Below, in pieces: positions 1 through 14,978 of a stretch of 64,000 nt of DNA. The notes below the pieces were generated by a model, which saw only the letters and a list, made by a program, of their open reading frames with translations, had not been told where the DNA came from and ran no database searches. The DNA comes from Mytilus edulis (lineage: Eukaryota): the NCBI RefSeq assembly GCF_963676685.1, contig NC_092353.1, forward strand, positions 2,356,001 to 2,420,000, read 5' to 3'. Position numbers and translations under genes: made by a program. Numbering within the stretch: the first letter of the stretch is position 1; the number at the start of each line of letters is the position of its first letter.

Positions 1-3000
1 AGTTTTTCCGTCTGAAGGGCACTATTCTTCTTCTAGGGAGTTACGGTCGGTTGTATCACTACGCACCAATATCCAATAGGACTTGGAACGTTAACTGCAA
101 CGTGAAGGGAAACTGCCACGTTCTCGAGACCATCATTTGCATTAACATTTCTGTAGATTAAGGGAAAATTTCTTTCTGTTCAATGGCAGTTCAACTTCCC
201 ACTAGCCACTGAAGTCCACAAACTCATTCAAGGATTAAAAGGTTGTATGCCAGACTTAGGTTTTCATATGTTATACATATAATTTAATTACTATCCGTCT
301 TTGACATGCATACGAATATAAATCAAATGCTTTTCATTCCGTCAGACAAAATAGTGTAAGTTTGATATTATTTTAGGGTTTATGAAACAATAACGGCCCT
401 GTTCGACTGTGTTTCAATTGCGAAAAGCAATTATTTCGAATTAGATTTATCTTCTTACATGCAACACATTATCTTTACAATAAGGCTTTTTGTTAAACAT
501 GGTGCACACTTTATTTTATTGTAAATTATTGCAAACACCAAACCTTATCTCATATTGCAAGTATTATTTCACTTGTCTTAATTATATCACATATTACAAA
601 ATAAACAATTTAAACGGTGGTATCATAATACAGTTTAACAGAAGGGTGTCAAAAACAGGAAAAAGAGTGAAAAAATGGCCTCTGTATAGCTGACACTGTA
701 TCTCGGCATGACACAACAAAAAGGTAGTATTTTATACCAACCTGTTTCACTGCAATAAATCTTAATATATGGTGCAAATGACAACTTTTATAAGAAGATA
801 TTTGATCAATATGCAAATATCTCAAAGTATTCATATTTATTTTCAATTTTTTCACCTCGACCATAAAAAGGGTGAACTACTTACTTTATTATCATTAACT
901 GCAATGAACGATGAAGGTAATAGTTGTCAATTACACAACTTGCAGTTTTTCCGGATTTCTGTAAAATAAAAAAGTATGTCCTAGGTATGCTGGCAATCCT
1001 TAAAATACGTGAAAGAAACCGCTAATTTGACAAAAATAGTTTTCCTTGTCATTTTCTTTTTGAAAGATACGTGATGCGTAACCCACGCGCAGCACAGCAA
1101 TGTCAAATCTAAGCAATCCAGATTAAATTGATACAAAAAGGGGAAGTACCTTTGATCCTGAATGGAAAGGTATGGAGTGTTTGGCAAGACGGATAAGAGG
1201 ATAAGATAATATTAAAAAAGACGAGTAACCCAGGGTTTTTTGGTTAAGCAGGATAAGACATTTACACACGAGTTACATTGAGTGTGTCCAGTAGAGTAGG
1301 ACCAGACATTTAACACGAGTAACACGATGGAGCAGAAAAAATAATTGAAGCATAAATAAAATGGTGAGTGTGTTCAGTGGGGAAGATCGAAACATATAAT
1401 ACTAGTATCGCGGAGAGTGAGTCTAGTGGAGCAGGACAATCGATTCATTTTAACACTAGGAACACGGATGATGTTTATAGTGGAGCAGGCATTGCTAAGC
1501 TTTATGAAGACATGAGTGTTTGTTTTTTGGTGAGGTTAAATGTCCTCAATATTTTGTTTTTAAGAGGATAATGTTTGTGGATTTTTCTTGTTGTTTCCGT
1601 GTCTGTTTTTTACCTTTGGCCATGGTGTTGTTTTGGTTTTAATCAATTTACGCTATTGTTTTGCATTCTTGGCTCCTTTTTATTGTTTTGCAATAAATTC
1701 GAAAATAAATACTAAATCAAATTTAAAATATCAATACATTTCTCGGTATTGTATAAACTTAAAAATCAGTGACCATTTATCTCGGCTAAATTTTAAACTA
1801 TCCTCATTTTTTCAAGTCGTAGTCGAAAGTTTTATAGGGATAACAAATGATGGTGGTTGGTCGAATTTAAACATATTTTGCCCCTTCAAACTTTCCTCAT
1901 TAATTCTAATTTCAAATCAAAAATGAACATTGAAGTCAATATCTCCAAATAAGCGAGGATGTGTATTTATAAATCCCGTGTATAGCAATTTTAAAATAAA
2001 TGGCAAGAGTAGCTGTAAAGGTACATTGCATTTATAAGGCACAAACATAAATGTAGCTATTACATTTTTAAAACATGATCTTGATATTCGCACCACAAAT
2101 AGCCAACAGCCCTTCAGTCAGCAAAATTGACCCCTAAACGATTAAAATGATTTCTAAAAACGTTTGGTGAATCAGATACTGGGTACACTGTCAAGCAAAA
2201 AATATTAAAAAAAATTGAAATAGGCTGAAAGATGATACTAATTTGCATCAATCTTTCGTAGACCATTTTGCGTTCCATTTCACGCAGGAACTTGGAAAAT
2301 GCAAAACAAAAAAGTCAGATTGAAAGTTCAAGGTTGCAGCAGTGAAAATGTAATAATACCCAACGCCCGCGTTTTTACATGTATCACAGAATAACCATCC
2401 CAAGTGTGATAAATGATGATGAAGTACCCTTTGTACACAAAGTTTCATTTAAATCTACTTTTGCACGGTTTTCTATCTTTATCTTTTTGTGTTTTTTTAA
2501 ATACCACCATCGATTAAGTAAAGATAATAATATTTTTTGGCGGAAGTGACATAAAATATATGTTTGTCTTCCATTTCTCTGAATTGATACAATCCTTGCA
2601 ATCTGAGTAGTATATATTGTGTAAGACGCAAAAAACCTATTCAGTACTGAATTCACCTGTCGTAGTGCAGACATTATATAATAACAGAGCCAGATTATGT
2701 AACCTAATGACATTCTTTTACAGTAAGTGCGACATCTGGTGTCAGATTAACATAAGAAGTTCCTGTTATATTTGGTTACAGCAAAGCTTTGTGATTTTCA
2801 AAGAAATTTGATATGTAATTTATGATTTCCTTTAATATATGAAATTTAAACCCTATAGTCTATGATAACATTACTTTTGTAGTTTGATGGACCGTAAGCG
2901 GCCATATGTTACCAGTTTCGAGGTATATATATCTGAATGTTTAATCGCCTTTCACGCTTTTATAGTATTTATTTGATAAATTTACCCCCTGTATATTTTT

Positions 3001-4518
3001 TTACTTTAAAAGTTAATTTAAAATGTAAAATCATGTTCATCAAACAGACTCACAAGCTTATGTATTTATTGTATATGATGCAAGCTGTTAAATTTGATGC
3101 TGTGATTTTATTGTTTCTTATTCACACAATTATTATGCATCCGTGGTTTTTATTAAAATTTTAAATATATAATGGATATGCACATTTGTGTCAGTGACGT
3201 GGACGGGCGGATATTGAAATCTTAGACGGTGAAAATAAATCCCGAGATATATAGAGAAACAAGACAGAGTTTCGTGTTATATTTGTAAGAGTCTATCGTG
3301 TTTTGTTAGAGATACTAGATAAAATAAAATTAATTCTTTTTTTATTATTTATACATAAAATGACTGGCGATCAGTTAAACCTCATTACGTATTCTATATC
3401 TGCGTCCATTGACGTTTGTGGTACGTTCTTTCATAAATTTAGCTCATTTATTTCGTAACCTGCACCAATATATCAACCGTACTTAGTTTGTTCATAATCT
3501 TGACAAGAATTAGTAGATGATATTTTCTTCTACTACCCTTTTTCGGAATTCTTGACTACTAATATAATACTCCTACACAAATGTAAAATTCATAAAATTA
3601 TAATATCACTTTATATACTTTGCTAGCTCACTGATAGATGATTGTTTCTGTTCAATGTATACACAACTTTTATATACTAAGATCTTGCCATTCTGTCTGT
3701 TGTTAAGAATTGTGTGTTGTTTTGTAGTTGTATCTTGTTTGTTGTGTCGTCGTGTTGCTGTCTCAGCTGAAAAAAAAACCACCCAATATTATATATACAT
3801 TCTATTCAATTGTAAACAATTGGAATATGAGGAAACGATTTTCTTGAATCCAGAGCAGCAAGGTTATAACTATATTTTGTGACAAAATGTGATCATACCG
3901 TATTCAACAATAGCCAGATTTGGGTTTCTGTAAATATTGACAATGCAATTTCCAATAGGAACTCCTTTTACGGCTAAAACTGTACCACTTTTATTATGAA
4001 GTTTTGAAAAATTTGTAGGGCTACCCCAGATTTCAATATAAACAATATGCACATGTATATTTACTGGTAACATTCCCAAGTTGTGTCTCTGTGAGATGCA
4101 ACACAGAGAGAATAACTGGGAACCAGTATGTAAACAAATTAATTTTCTATGAATATTCTAGATCTCCCCAAAAGAGCCTAGGTTTGAGAAACATCTGTAT
4201 TTACAAAGTGCAACCTTTAATATAGCACCATACAACTCTAAAATCAAAAGAAATCTCCACGAATAACACTTTCTTAACCATTTCGTTAATACAATATATG
4301 AAAAGTTTCTCTTGAGAACTACACAAGGGTTTATGTTATTATTAACAGAAATTTGACCTAATATACCAATAACCAGTTTAGTTTTCATCTCGCGTGACAT
4401 GTATCTGTAAATATAAAAAACTTTATGGAATATTGTATAACAAAAACAAAATATACAATCCAAAAAATACGTCTCTGGGTGAATACCCGAACAATATAGC
4501 TGTTACATCTGGGTGGAC

Positions 4519-4618
4519 ATAAACTTTACATAGTATATCTTCACTCAATAGTACAATATTACAAGAATATAAACTTTACTTATTGTATCTTAAATCAATA
4601 GTACAATATTACAAAAAT
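4519..4618. repeat. 50-bp tandem duplication
   Basis: ataaactttac...tcaatagtacaatattacaa twice. Confidence 0.85.
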
Positions 4619-5810
4619 AAGTCAATTCATTAAGAAAAAAATGTCTTAAGTACTTTTTAGGGTAGTTTGATTTTATTTGATATTGTCAACTTACAGTATA
4701 TAAATGATATAAAAACAAACTTGATACAGGCTGAAGTGTCGTTACTATTGTAACCCGAGACTAGCTTCCTTTTCTATTCTTTGTCAAGAGTCAAACATCA
4801 ACTTTAAACCTGGGTCGGGCCTGGAGCAAGACACACTTTCCATTATACATAATGTTAAAAACCATGATTCAACTCCTTGTGCTGACAAGATGGGTTGTCT
4901 CTGAATATCGGGACAATACTGATTAGATAATTATTAAACAAGACTACAAATTTATGTCAACCGTAATTCCAGGGTGTTGAATATAAATTTAGCTGACCCG
5001 CATTTTTAACTGTTTAACGAATGATATTTTTATTGAAATTAAAAACCGGGGTGACTTTGAAGTTAAAAGTTTCCATAGCCCTCATTTGTTTATATGATCA
5101 ATTAATAACTTCGATTTAGCATTTTCTCTTTGAAATTGGTTTTTTTTTCAAAGTGAAGTAATTAATTGCCTAACATTCCATTTTTTTTTATGTTTACGTT
5201 TGTCCTCAGTGTCTTTACTTTAAATGATCAAATTATGCTTTTTGTTGCCCAAATTGGCAGCTTGAAAAAAATACACAATGTCACACACTAAAGAAGAGTG
5301 AAATAATCAACTTTAAATGGTCAGGAAAAGGTGAAAGTACGGAATTACTTCTGCATAATAAAAATGGCGTTGTTTTGTTATAAGAACAAATGGTATGGTA
5401 TGGTTCCAGTGCTGGTTTCTTTAATTACTTCTACATTATGTGGTCTCTGGTGGAAAGTTCTCTCGTTGGCAATCATCTACCCACATACTTATTATTTTTA
5501 AAGTTCGATCGAGGAAAACATATCAAAACTCAAAACCCAACAAAATTGAAACAAAATGTGTTTCGAATTTTCAGCCTAACCCTGTTTTATGTCAACTTTG
5601 TATGGGGGATGTAGTAATTTTAGTTAAAGCACTATTATATTATTCAATTGAAGATACAAACAAAATACATCATAATAATCAAAATTCTGTCCATGATCAT
5701 ACTGAATGGGGTGTGCTATGGAAGAAAGCATGCCCCCTCCCGGACAGCATCAGAGAACCAGTTGGTTTAAGTGATAAAAACACTATTATTGTTATAAACA
5801 CAACACGTGT

Positions 5811-5884
5811 TACTGAGTAACATCGATCAGGGACGCTCGGAACCGAATACTGAGTAACATCGATCAGGGACGCTTGGAACCGAA
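5811..5884. repeat. 37-bp tandem duplication
   Basis: tactgagtaacatcgatcagggacgctyggaaccgaa twice. Confidence 0.9.
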
Positions 5885-8800
5885 AGTTTGGAACTGTAAA
5901 ACAAAAGAACACTAAAGCCAAAAATGGCCTAGACAGCACAACAACACAAACTGTGTAAGGCATTTGTAAATATCCCAACACTTATGTCGTCGTATGCATA
6001 TTTGTTTTTAAAAACAACACATTTATTGATACACTTACATCAACGAAAAAACTTGCAGTTCTACTAACGATTATTTTACTTTTATAATTTTAAACTTTGT
6101 TCTACTCCTAAAAAGCTTCTTATTAAAGATCTATAAATGTAACTCCTTTTTGGTACCCCATTCTGTCAAAGACCCGGATATAATTGAAGCGTAGTCTGAA
6201 CCATGCCCCGGAGGCTGTCTGTCGTCCCCTGCTGACGATCACTAGCGATTTATACAAGCCAGATAAATCACATGGAAGATAATGACAGAACTTTACCTTC
6301 AAATTATATCCTGCATCTCATTACAACTAATATAATTAAATGCATGTAGATCTCGCTACTGAATATTAAGGTAGATTTAAGTGTGGGAACCGTCTTCAAC
6401 ATTCAGATTTAGGTACAAATTAGAGAAATTGCCACACGCGTCAATAACCCCGAGAGCTTCTGAAAATTGCTTAAAAGCTAACGATTTTTTTTCTGAATTT
6501 CTAATGAGAGTATTTGTTAGGGAGAGATAAAGGGGTCATTTTTGTAACAATAGGTAGGTTTTCAAATAGAACAGCAATAAAATTTATTAAATTAAACTTT
6601 TTATACAACTGGATACATATAAATGCTTTCAACGGGTGCTTTCAGTGCAGAATGTATGCGTGTATTATTAGTTGAATTAAAACATTTTTGTTTGTCATGA
6701 TTGTTCTTAATTATAGAAATTAAACGTAAAGAATACATTACAAGCTGAAAGTAAGTTTTCGTAATTACTCACTTCTTTAAAGTTCGACAACCAATTTTAT
6801 GAGAGGGCTCATTGGCTGAGGGATGTAGTTTTAAAGGGGATTTCAATTTTGTGAACATATTAATATTGCACATACAATGAATTGCAACAACATACAAATT
6901 AATAACATTAGCTCTTTATGTCTCTTGTTATTGGTGTCGTTTATATGCGTTCTCATTGACAGATTTATTCGTCTTATTGATATACATGTTGTTTAGAATG
7001 TTAAGTTCTTTGTGAATTATTTACATTGTACTAATTATAAGGCTTAAACCAAGGTTGCAACTTCGTCATTAAATTTTGGCAATACTTAGTTTAAGTCCAT
7101 ATTTTTGTCGTTAAAAACTATTGTCAATACTATACAAAACCAGCACCAATGTCGCTTTTTACTTTCCTTCAAAAGTTCCATTTTATATCGGAGCTTATAC
7201 GAGGCTCAGAGGTATTGAGAGATTTATGCCAAGTTTAAGTAATCCCCTACTACTGGCCATATAGTCTTATTCGAAGATAAACATTCTTTTGAAATCCCTC
7301 CGTGTTTCCCTTTTATGAAATTTTCTATAAATTAGTATAACTTTACGTTTTCAATAAGTCAATTTCTATTAAAACAGAATAATTGTTTTGTATTTGGCAT
7401 CCTTATCAAACAAATGCTTTAAGAAAGATCCTTATCAAACAAAAGCTTTCAAAAAGATCAACAATTTTAAAATCGTGTTCATAAATCAAGTCAAAGACCC
7501 CTTCAAAACGATTCATTTTTATTTTTGCTTTATTATCTCGAAATATGCAGTGCATATTAATCAATGTTAGGGAGGAAATTAAGATAAAACATAATACAGA
7601 AGGGTCGACGTCCATTAGTGTTTAAACCTTTACAAATATTCTAACAAGCTTGAAGAAGATTTGTCATGGTGAACTCCGACCTTCTATAGCATTAGATAAA
7701 CTAAGAAAAGATTGTTGTCCTTTTCGTATCAAATGTTTGCATTTGATAGTATAACCATTATTAATGCAATTTAAAATTTTAGAGCCCCTTTTAAAAAACG
7801 TGCTCTCCCGCTGTTAATAAAAACCTGTGCATTGCATTAAAGCTTGGTTTCCATAGAGTAGTCAGTCATCTCCGAAACTATTTGACAAGTTAGTGTTTAT
7901 ATATGTAATTTGCCAGTAAAATGTAAATATAAAAATTGCACCTCCATACGATTTTAGTATCCAATCAATGTAATGTTTTATTGCTATCAATGTCTTTGAC
8001 ACGAGTCAAATATTAATCGCAAAACGATCAAAAATCTCATTTATATCGAATCGTAATGGTTGCTTAGTTACATGGTGATTTTATGCCTTTGAATTTGCCA
8101 TAAAGGGAAGTAATTGATGTTATGAAATATAGACAAACATCGAAAGTAGATAAGCTGCTTACATTTTTGCAGTCACTTCACTTCCATAAATTTTCCAAAA
8201 TATAATTATGAAAAAAATGATTTCTGTCTGAAATCACATATTTAAAGTCTCAAAAAGTAGAAGAATTTGTTGATTTAAGAACGATAGTTGATTGTTATTT
8301 GATTTTTAAAGTGATATCGTCGGAATATTTATTTTGTCATAAACATGAAGTACTTATAAACCACTCTAATTTTCCCCTCTCCATACAGGTCTATTTTAAA
8401 AAAAAAAAGATAAATGAATTCAATTTAACATAATTTATAACTTACACCTATCAAGTACATCAAAGAGTTTTCAATTCGTATAAGTTACTTATTTGACTAT
8501 TCTTTTTAATCAACTTTAATTTATTTCTCGCTCAGGAACCCAAAATACGACCTCGAGTATGGAGTTCACGCGAGATCAATTGTCGTCTGCAAATTAACGT
8601 ATATGTCGTCTGTCACCAGAACCTTTTAGCGTATATTTGATTAAGGTGATGGGCAGTAATTTTCGGCAACAAAACTTGCAAAATTGCCATCATTATTGTT
8701 AGTTTAATAAAAGGCCGTCCGGCCCTAAACCATTGTCCACCTAAGGTCCATTGTTAGCAAGGTACATAAAAAGTCTACTTATAGAATGTATATGGGTTGA

Positions 8801-10894
8801 TCCTATATCAATTCACAGTTCGTTTTACATTAATAAATTTGTAGCTTTAAAATTTTATGAATAAAGATTTGTTCATTAACACGTCTAGAAGGTGGCGCGA
8901 AGCTTTGATCTTTTTCATGAAAAATGAATAAGGGCTGAACTTTTTTGTTGATGGTAAAAAACCACACAGCTAGATAAATTGATACGGTTAATATTTACGT
9001 TATGTTATTAATAATTAATCCCCTCATTTCAACATTGCAGCGTAGATTGTTTACTCAAGGTCGTTATGACATTGAAACGTTGAGATTTGAAAAGGTTGCG
9101 ATGTCGGGTGCAACTTTTATAATCATAACGAAGACGGAAAATGGAAGTTATGCGTATAACCATGGTATATTTCCCACGGGTTAAGGTGTTGACCTATTCA
9201 ATGACCTCTGTCCGAAGTATTTATGTATCCAACGGAAAATATTTCTAATAACAATAGCCTTCAAAAAGTGTCTATTTTCTTTTTATCTCAGTCGTTTAAC
9301 TTGGTTATGAAAAATATCCGTCAATCATTGTAATTTTCCGTCCATTCATTTCTATGCATAAATATTTTGTCCCAAAAAAGAGAATATAGTGATTCTTTTG
9401 TCCTTTATTTCACGTTGTAAACTTCAAACAAATTGTTTTATGATGTGGCAGTGACACAAAACATCTATTTGTAATGCATGAATATTTTGGTGTACGGAAT
9501 CTAAGATAGTTTTGATAACAACACTTGCTAGTATAACTGATTTTTAGGTATATTTGATTTAATGGTATGTAATTGCAGATAGTCAAACAAAAAGGATTGT
9601 ACACCTTTATACCTTATACTTGCGCTACGGTTACGATTTGTAGAACAGGAACTGACCGTCAAATCTAAAAGATCTAAATACTTCTCACATCAACATGAGT
9701 ACCGAAAGAGCGCACTGTTTTTGGTGCTCAACAGGAAGCGCTTCGCATGGTGCAATTTTTTTTTTTTAATTTCACAATAATTTAATACTATTTACTTTTT
9801 ATATACACAGAAATAATGAAATGATAAACTACAAACTTGTAGGACCACTTTGAAGTTCGAGATGTGGAATAAAATCTTGAAAGGCTTATGTTATCTTTAT
9901 TTTAAATCAATATTGTTAGTCTGGAGATGATATAGGATTAAGTTTAATCTCTTCTTGACAGAAAACTAGGAGATACCTGCGCAACCGAAGAAGACTTAAT
10001 AAGACTAGTTTGGAAGAGGTTTAATTCGGTGACAATTTCGAACCTTCAAGTGATGTATGGTAAAATTATATTGAATTTACTGTCAGGAGGGGTCATAAAT
10101 CTCAAACAAAAACAAATGCCCCTTCAAAATCGTTAAACTAAGATGTTTACTTACTTAAATCGTCTAACACGAGGTTTAAAGATTCAGTTTATTTTGACAT
10201 AAAGAGATTTAAAGATATTAAAATTATTTTCTCTCCGGCTGCATTAAAATGAAATTTATATATCATATCTGTCAGGTGTACATTTAATCTACGATTGACT
10301 CGTGCACTGCACGCGACATTATTCATAGCAAATATTTATTCTGCCACACTACGTGATGCGTACGCAACCAAAATTTTGGTACGTTTTTAATGTTTTACCA
10401 CGCGACATAAACTTGCAATAAATAATAGTTGGATGTTTTAAAAGTCTCGCCGTCGTCCCTTTATTACTAAATAGAATATTACATTATAATGCAAAGATAG
10501 TCTGGCTTAAAATGAAATCAATCTTTATGAAGGACCTGTGCTTTTATAAAATCACCTGCTTTTGAAATATTTAACAGTGTTAAGACATCAATATTTTAAC
10601 AGTTTTTTTTTTTTATTCACACACAAAAATGTTTTTTTTTCTTTCTGAAATTTGATAAACGATAGATAATTTTGAACGTCAGTGCATTTGGTTTATTTTT
10701 ATATGTGTTTTTTTTACTTATATATTAACCTTAAAAAATATCTTGTTTTTTAAATTAAATTAATTTATACATATCGCGTAAAATGCACTTTATTTTACAG
10801 CTGTTTCAATGCCATCTAATGTTTTTTAAAGATATATTTGGAACCTCCAAAACTCATCCACTGGAACCTCCAAAACTCATCCACTGGAACCTCT

Positions 10895-12309
10895 AAATAA
10901 AGGCAACAGTAGTATACCGCTGTTCAAAACTCATAAATCCATGGACAAAAAACAAAATCGGGATAACAAACTAAAACCGAGGGAAACGCATTAAATATAA
11001 GAGGAGAACAACGACATAACACTAAAATGTAACACACATAGACAAAATCCCACGAGAATAATATATATAAAACATCAAAACCAAATACATGAATTTGGGA
11101 TAGACAAGTACCGTGACACGTCTTATCGCAATGTGAATTTACACTCAAAAATAAGAGAAAACAAACGACACAACGTTATCATGTCATACACACAGAAACG
11201 AACTATAATATAACAATGACCATATTCCTGACTTGGTACAGGGCATTTTTAAAGGAAAAAATGGTGGGTTGAACCTGGTTTTGTGGCATGCCAAACCTCG
11301 CACTTTTATGGCCATGTGAAATATAACATCAAAATGACAACACAGGACTACAATATAAATAAATTGGAGAACACAATTGACAAAGAATCACACGAACAAC
11401 AGCCAACAAAAGGCAACAAGTTCAAAATTTTAATACGCCAGAAGTGTATTTTGTCCACACAAGACCTATGTGTGACGCACAGATACAAAAGTTTGAAAGC
11501 CGAAACGAGTACAAAGTTGAACAGCATCGAGGACCAAAAGATCAAAAAGGTTGTGCCAAAAACGGCAAGGGTTTTCTGTTAAGTTACCAGAAAATCCCTA
11601 TAATTTAGAGTAATTTATACTTTTGCAAACAGTAAATTTAATAAAATGAATATTCAAAAGATGTACATGATAAAGCTGAAGTATTAACTAATTACAGGAA
11701 ACAACTGAAATACATTTACATAACCAGACATTTGAAACACAAAAGTAGACACATCCGAATACGTTTAAACCTCTACGCCAAGTGACGTCCTATTTGAAAC
11801 TGAAAAATGACGAAAAAATGACGTCATTTGAATTAGTAAAACAGAGCATCAAAAAATGAAAAATGACGTCACATAAGAATGAATAAGATAGAATTAGGAT
11901 TAATTTAAGATTATATATTTGAACTAAATACTGATATTGCATTTAATAACAAAGCACATTTTAATTCTTATTAATATAAAACTGAGGTAGCAATTAACTA
12001 TATTATAAAACTATGTTCGGTTTGTTATGAATCTAACTTCAAACGTAAAATATCGTACTGATTACTTTGAACGAAATCAAATCTGATAAATGAAGGCGGT
12101 GATTAATTTTCTTTACCATAACACATAAATATAATAGAAAAGACGTCAACACATTTGACAAACTCCGATGAGAATTACAAATATAACATTAAACATTTAA
12201 ACTAAATACATGAATTTGGGAAGGATAAGTACCGTACCACGTCTTATAGTAATGCGAGTTCACACTCGGCAAAACAGTCACAATCGGGAATAAGTCACGT
12301 TTGGTAATT
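10895..12309. mobile_element. 1.4-kb composite non-autonomous element
   Basis: Flanked by aactcatccactggaa (10874-10889 and 12310-12325); diverged ~80-bp direct repeat at ~11070-11150 and ~12190-12270; decayed retrozyme module at ~11430-11650. Confidence 0.65.
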
Positions 12310-13705
12310 AACTCATCCACTGGAAAAAAAACAAAAAGTCCCAAACAGCAAGACAGTCTGTCGTTACGTGTATTTTGGCATTGCAAAAGGTCGTGTTTTT
12401 TCCTCTGACTGTTAATAATGTCTTTACACTAAATCCCCTATACACTAAATCCAATGGATGTTGGATGTGAACTGATTGATATTTTATTTTTTATTAGTTT
12501 TTATTGGCTTTGAACTAGCTGTCAGTAACTGCAAGTTCTCTCAGATATATACTTGGTTTCTTGTTTTGTTATTGAGGGTGAGGGATGGATATATATACTC
12601 TGACACGACCTGTCAGCGTTTTTTAAGTTTTTTTTATAATCTGTTGAGTTCAGCCATTTTCAACTGATATCTATAGTTTGTTCTTATGTTGATCAGTAAC
12701 TACACTGACACAGGTTAGAAAGAGGTTTGTGCGCTCACAAACATTTTTAACCCCACCGCAATCTGTATGTGGCTGTCCTAAGTGAGGATCCTGTAGTTCA
12801 GTGGTTGTCGTTGGTTCATGTCTTTTATATTTGTTTTTCGTAAATAGTTTTGTTTTAAAGAAGACCGTTAATTTCTTAGTTGAATCGGTTTAAATTTTCA
12901 TGTCGGGACCTTGTATTTCTGACTAATAGTAGTATACGTATGGGTTTTTCACATTGTTGAAGGTCATCCGGTTGCCTTTTATAATTACTTACATCCACTT
13001 CATTTAAAATTTGTTGGATAGCTGTCTCAATGACAAAAAATATCACATCTTATTCATATATAGCGCTGATGTAAAAAGTTTTAAAATAAATAACTTATCC
13101 AAGACACCGTAAACTCAATTTTGAACGCCTAGCGCGATTCTTAATGATCTGCGAAGATTTTTGTATTTTTTCCTAAATGGCCTGCAGACATAGTAATTAA
13201 TGCCGCCGCCTGTACCAAGACTATATATGTTTTCTAATTTTGCCACATGGCGTAAAACCGACACTGTACGAATCAAGACGAGGTCAGTACTTTTGTACTA
13301 TCTTAAATGACCTGTAAAACTCACAGTAATGCGGCTACTTCACAGACCATAACTTCTCCGACTGATGTTACTGAATGACATGCGCGTGTATTTAACTCTA
13401 TTATATAAAGAAAGATAAGGTTAGCACAGGGTTTTTTATCTCTCATACTCTTGTCTGCATGTACGAACGCATACAAACGTTCTTCTGTTGTGAAACTTCT
13501 AAAATGGTCTGTACAATGCATGTCAAGGTCGACCTAAATTACGCAGCTGTTGAACCTTGACTGATACATGTCAAGGTCGATCTATGAGAATCGACTCTGG
13601 AACCTTGACTTATATCAAGATCGTCCTATACTACTAGCCTGTGGAACCTTGACTGAGACAAACGACCATTTATTCAGCACTCGGCTAGCGAACACTAACT
13701 GAAAG

Positions 13706-14978
13706 TACAAGTAAATACCGACCATGCTGTTATTTAGCACACGTCTACAGAACCTGGACTGATACAAGTAAATACTGAACATGCTGTTATTAAGCACACG
13801 TCTACAGAACCTTGACTGATACAAGTAAATACCGACCATGCTGTTATTTAGAACACGTCTACAGAACCTTGACTGATACAAGTAAATACCGACCATGCTG
13901 TTATTTAGAACACGTCTACAGAACCTTGACTGATACAAGTAAATACCGACCATGCTGTTATTTAGCACACGTCTACAGAACCTTGACTGATACAAGTAAA
14001 TACTGACCATGCTGTTATTTAGCACACGTCTACAGAACCTTGACTGATACAAGTAAATACTGACCATGCTGTTATTTAGCACACGTCTACAGAACCTTGA
14101 CTGATACAAGTAAATACCGACCATGCTGTTATTTAGCACACGTCTACAGAACCTTGGCTGATACAAGTAAATACCGACCATGCTGTTATTTAGCACACGT
14201 CTACAGAACCTTGGCTGATACAAGTAAATACCGACCATGCTGTTATTTAGCACACGTCTACAGAACCTTGGCTGATACAAGTAAATACCGACCATGCTCT
14301 AATTTATCACACGTCTACAGAACCTTGACTGATACAAGTAAATACTGACCATGCTGTTATTTAGCACACGTCTACAGAACCTTGACTGATACAAGTAAAT
14401 ACCGACCATGCTGTTATTTAGCACACGTCTACAGAACCTTGACTGATACAAGTAAATACCGACCATGCTGTTATTTAGCACACGTCTACAGAACCTTGAC
14501 TGATACAAGTAAATACCGACCATGCTGTTATTTAGCACACGTCTACAGAACCTTGACTGATACAAGTAAATACTGACCATGCTGTTATTTAGCACACGTC
14601 TACATAACCTTGACTGATACAAGTAAATACCGACCATGCTGTTATTTAGCACACGTCTACAGAACCTTGACTGATACAAGTAAATACTGACCATGCTGTT
14701 ATTTAGCACACGTCTACAGAACCTTGGCTGATACAAGTAAATACCGACCCTGCTGTTATTTAGCACACGTCTACAGAACCTTGACTGATACAAGTAAATA
14801 CCGACCATGCTGTTATTTAGCACACGTCTACAGAACCTTGACTGATACAAGTAAATACCGACCATGCTGTTATTTAGCACACGTCTACAGAACCTTGACT
14901 GATACAAGTAAATACTGACCATGCTGTTATTTAGCACACGTCTACAGAACCTTGACTGATACAAGTAAATACTGACCA
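13706..14978. repeat. 57-bp minisatellite, about 22 near-identical copies
   Basis: Unit tacaagtaaataccgaccatgctgttatttagcacacgtctacagaaccttgactga; degenerate units extend left to ~13520. Confidence 0.98.

Noticed and set aside
6831-7794. Possible TTAA-flanked element (ttaaagggg...ccccttttaa)
   Set aside because: Terminal match is too short and imperfect for AT-rich DNA.
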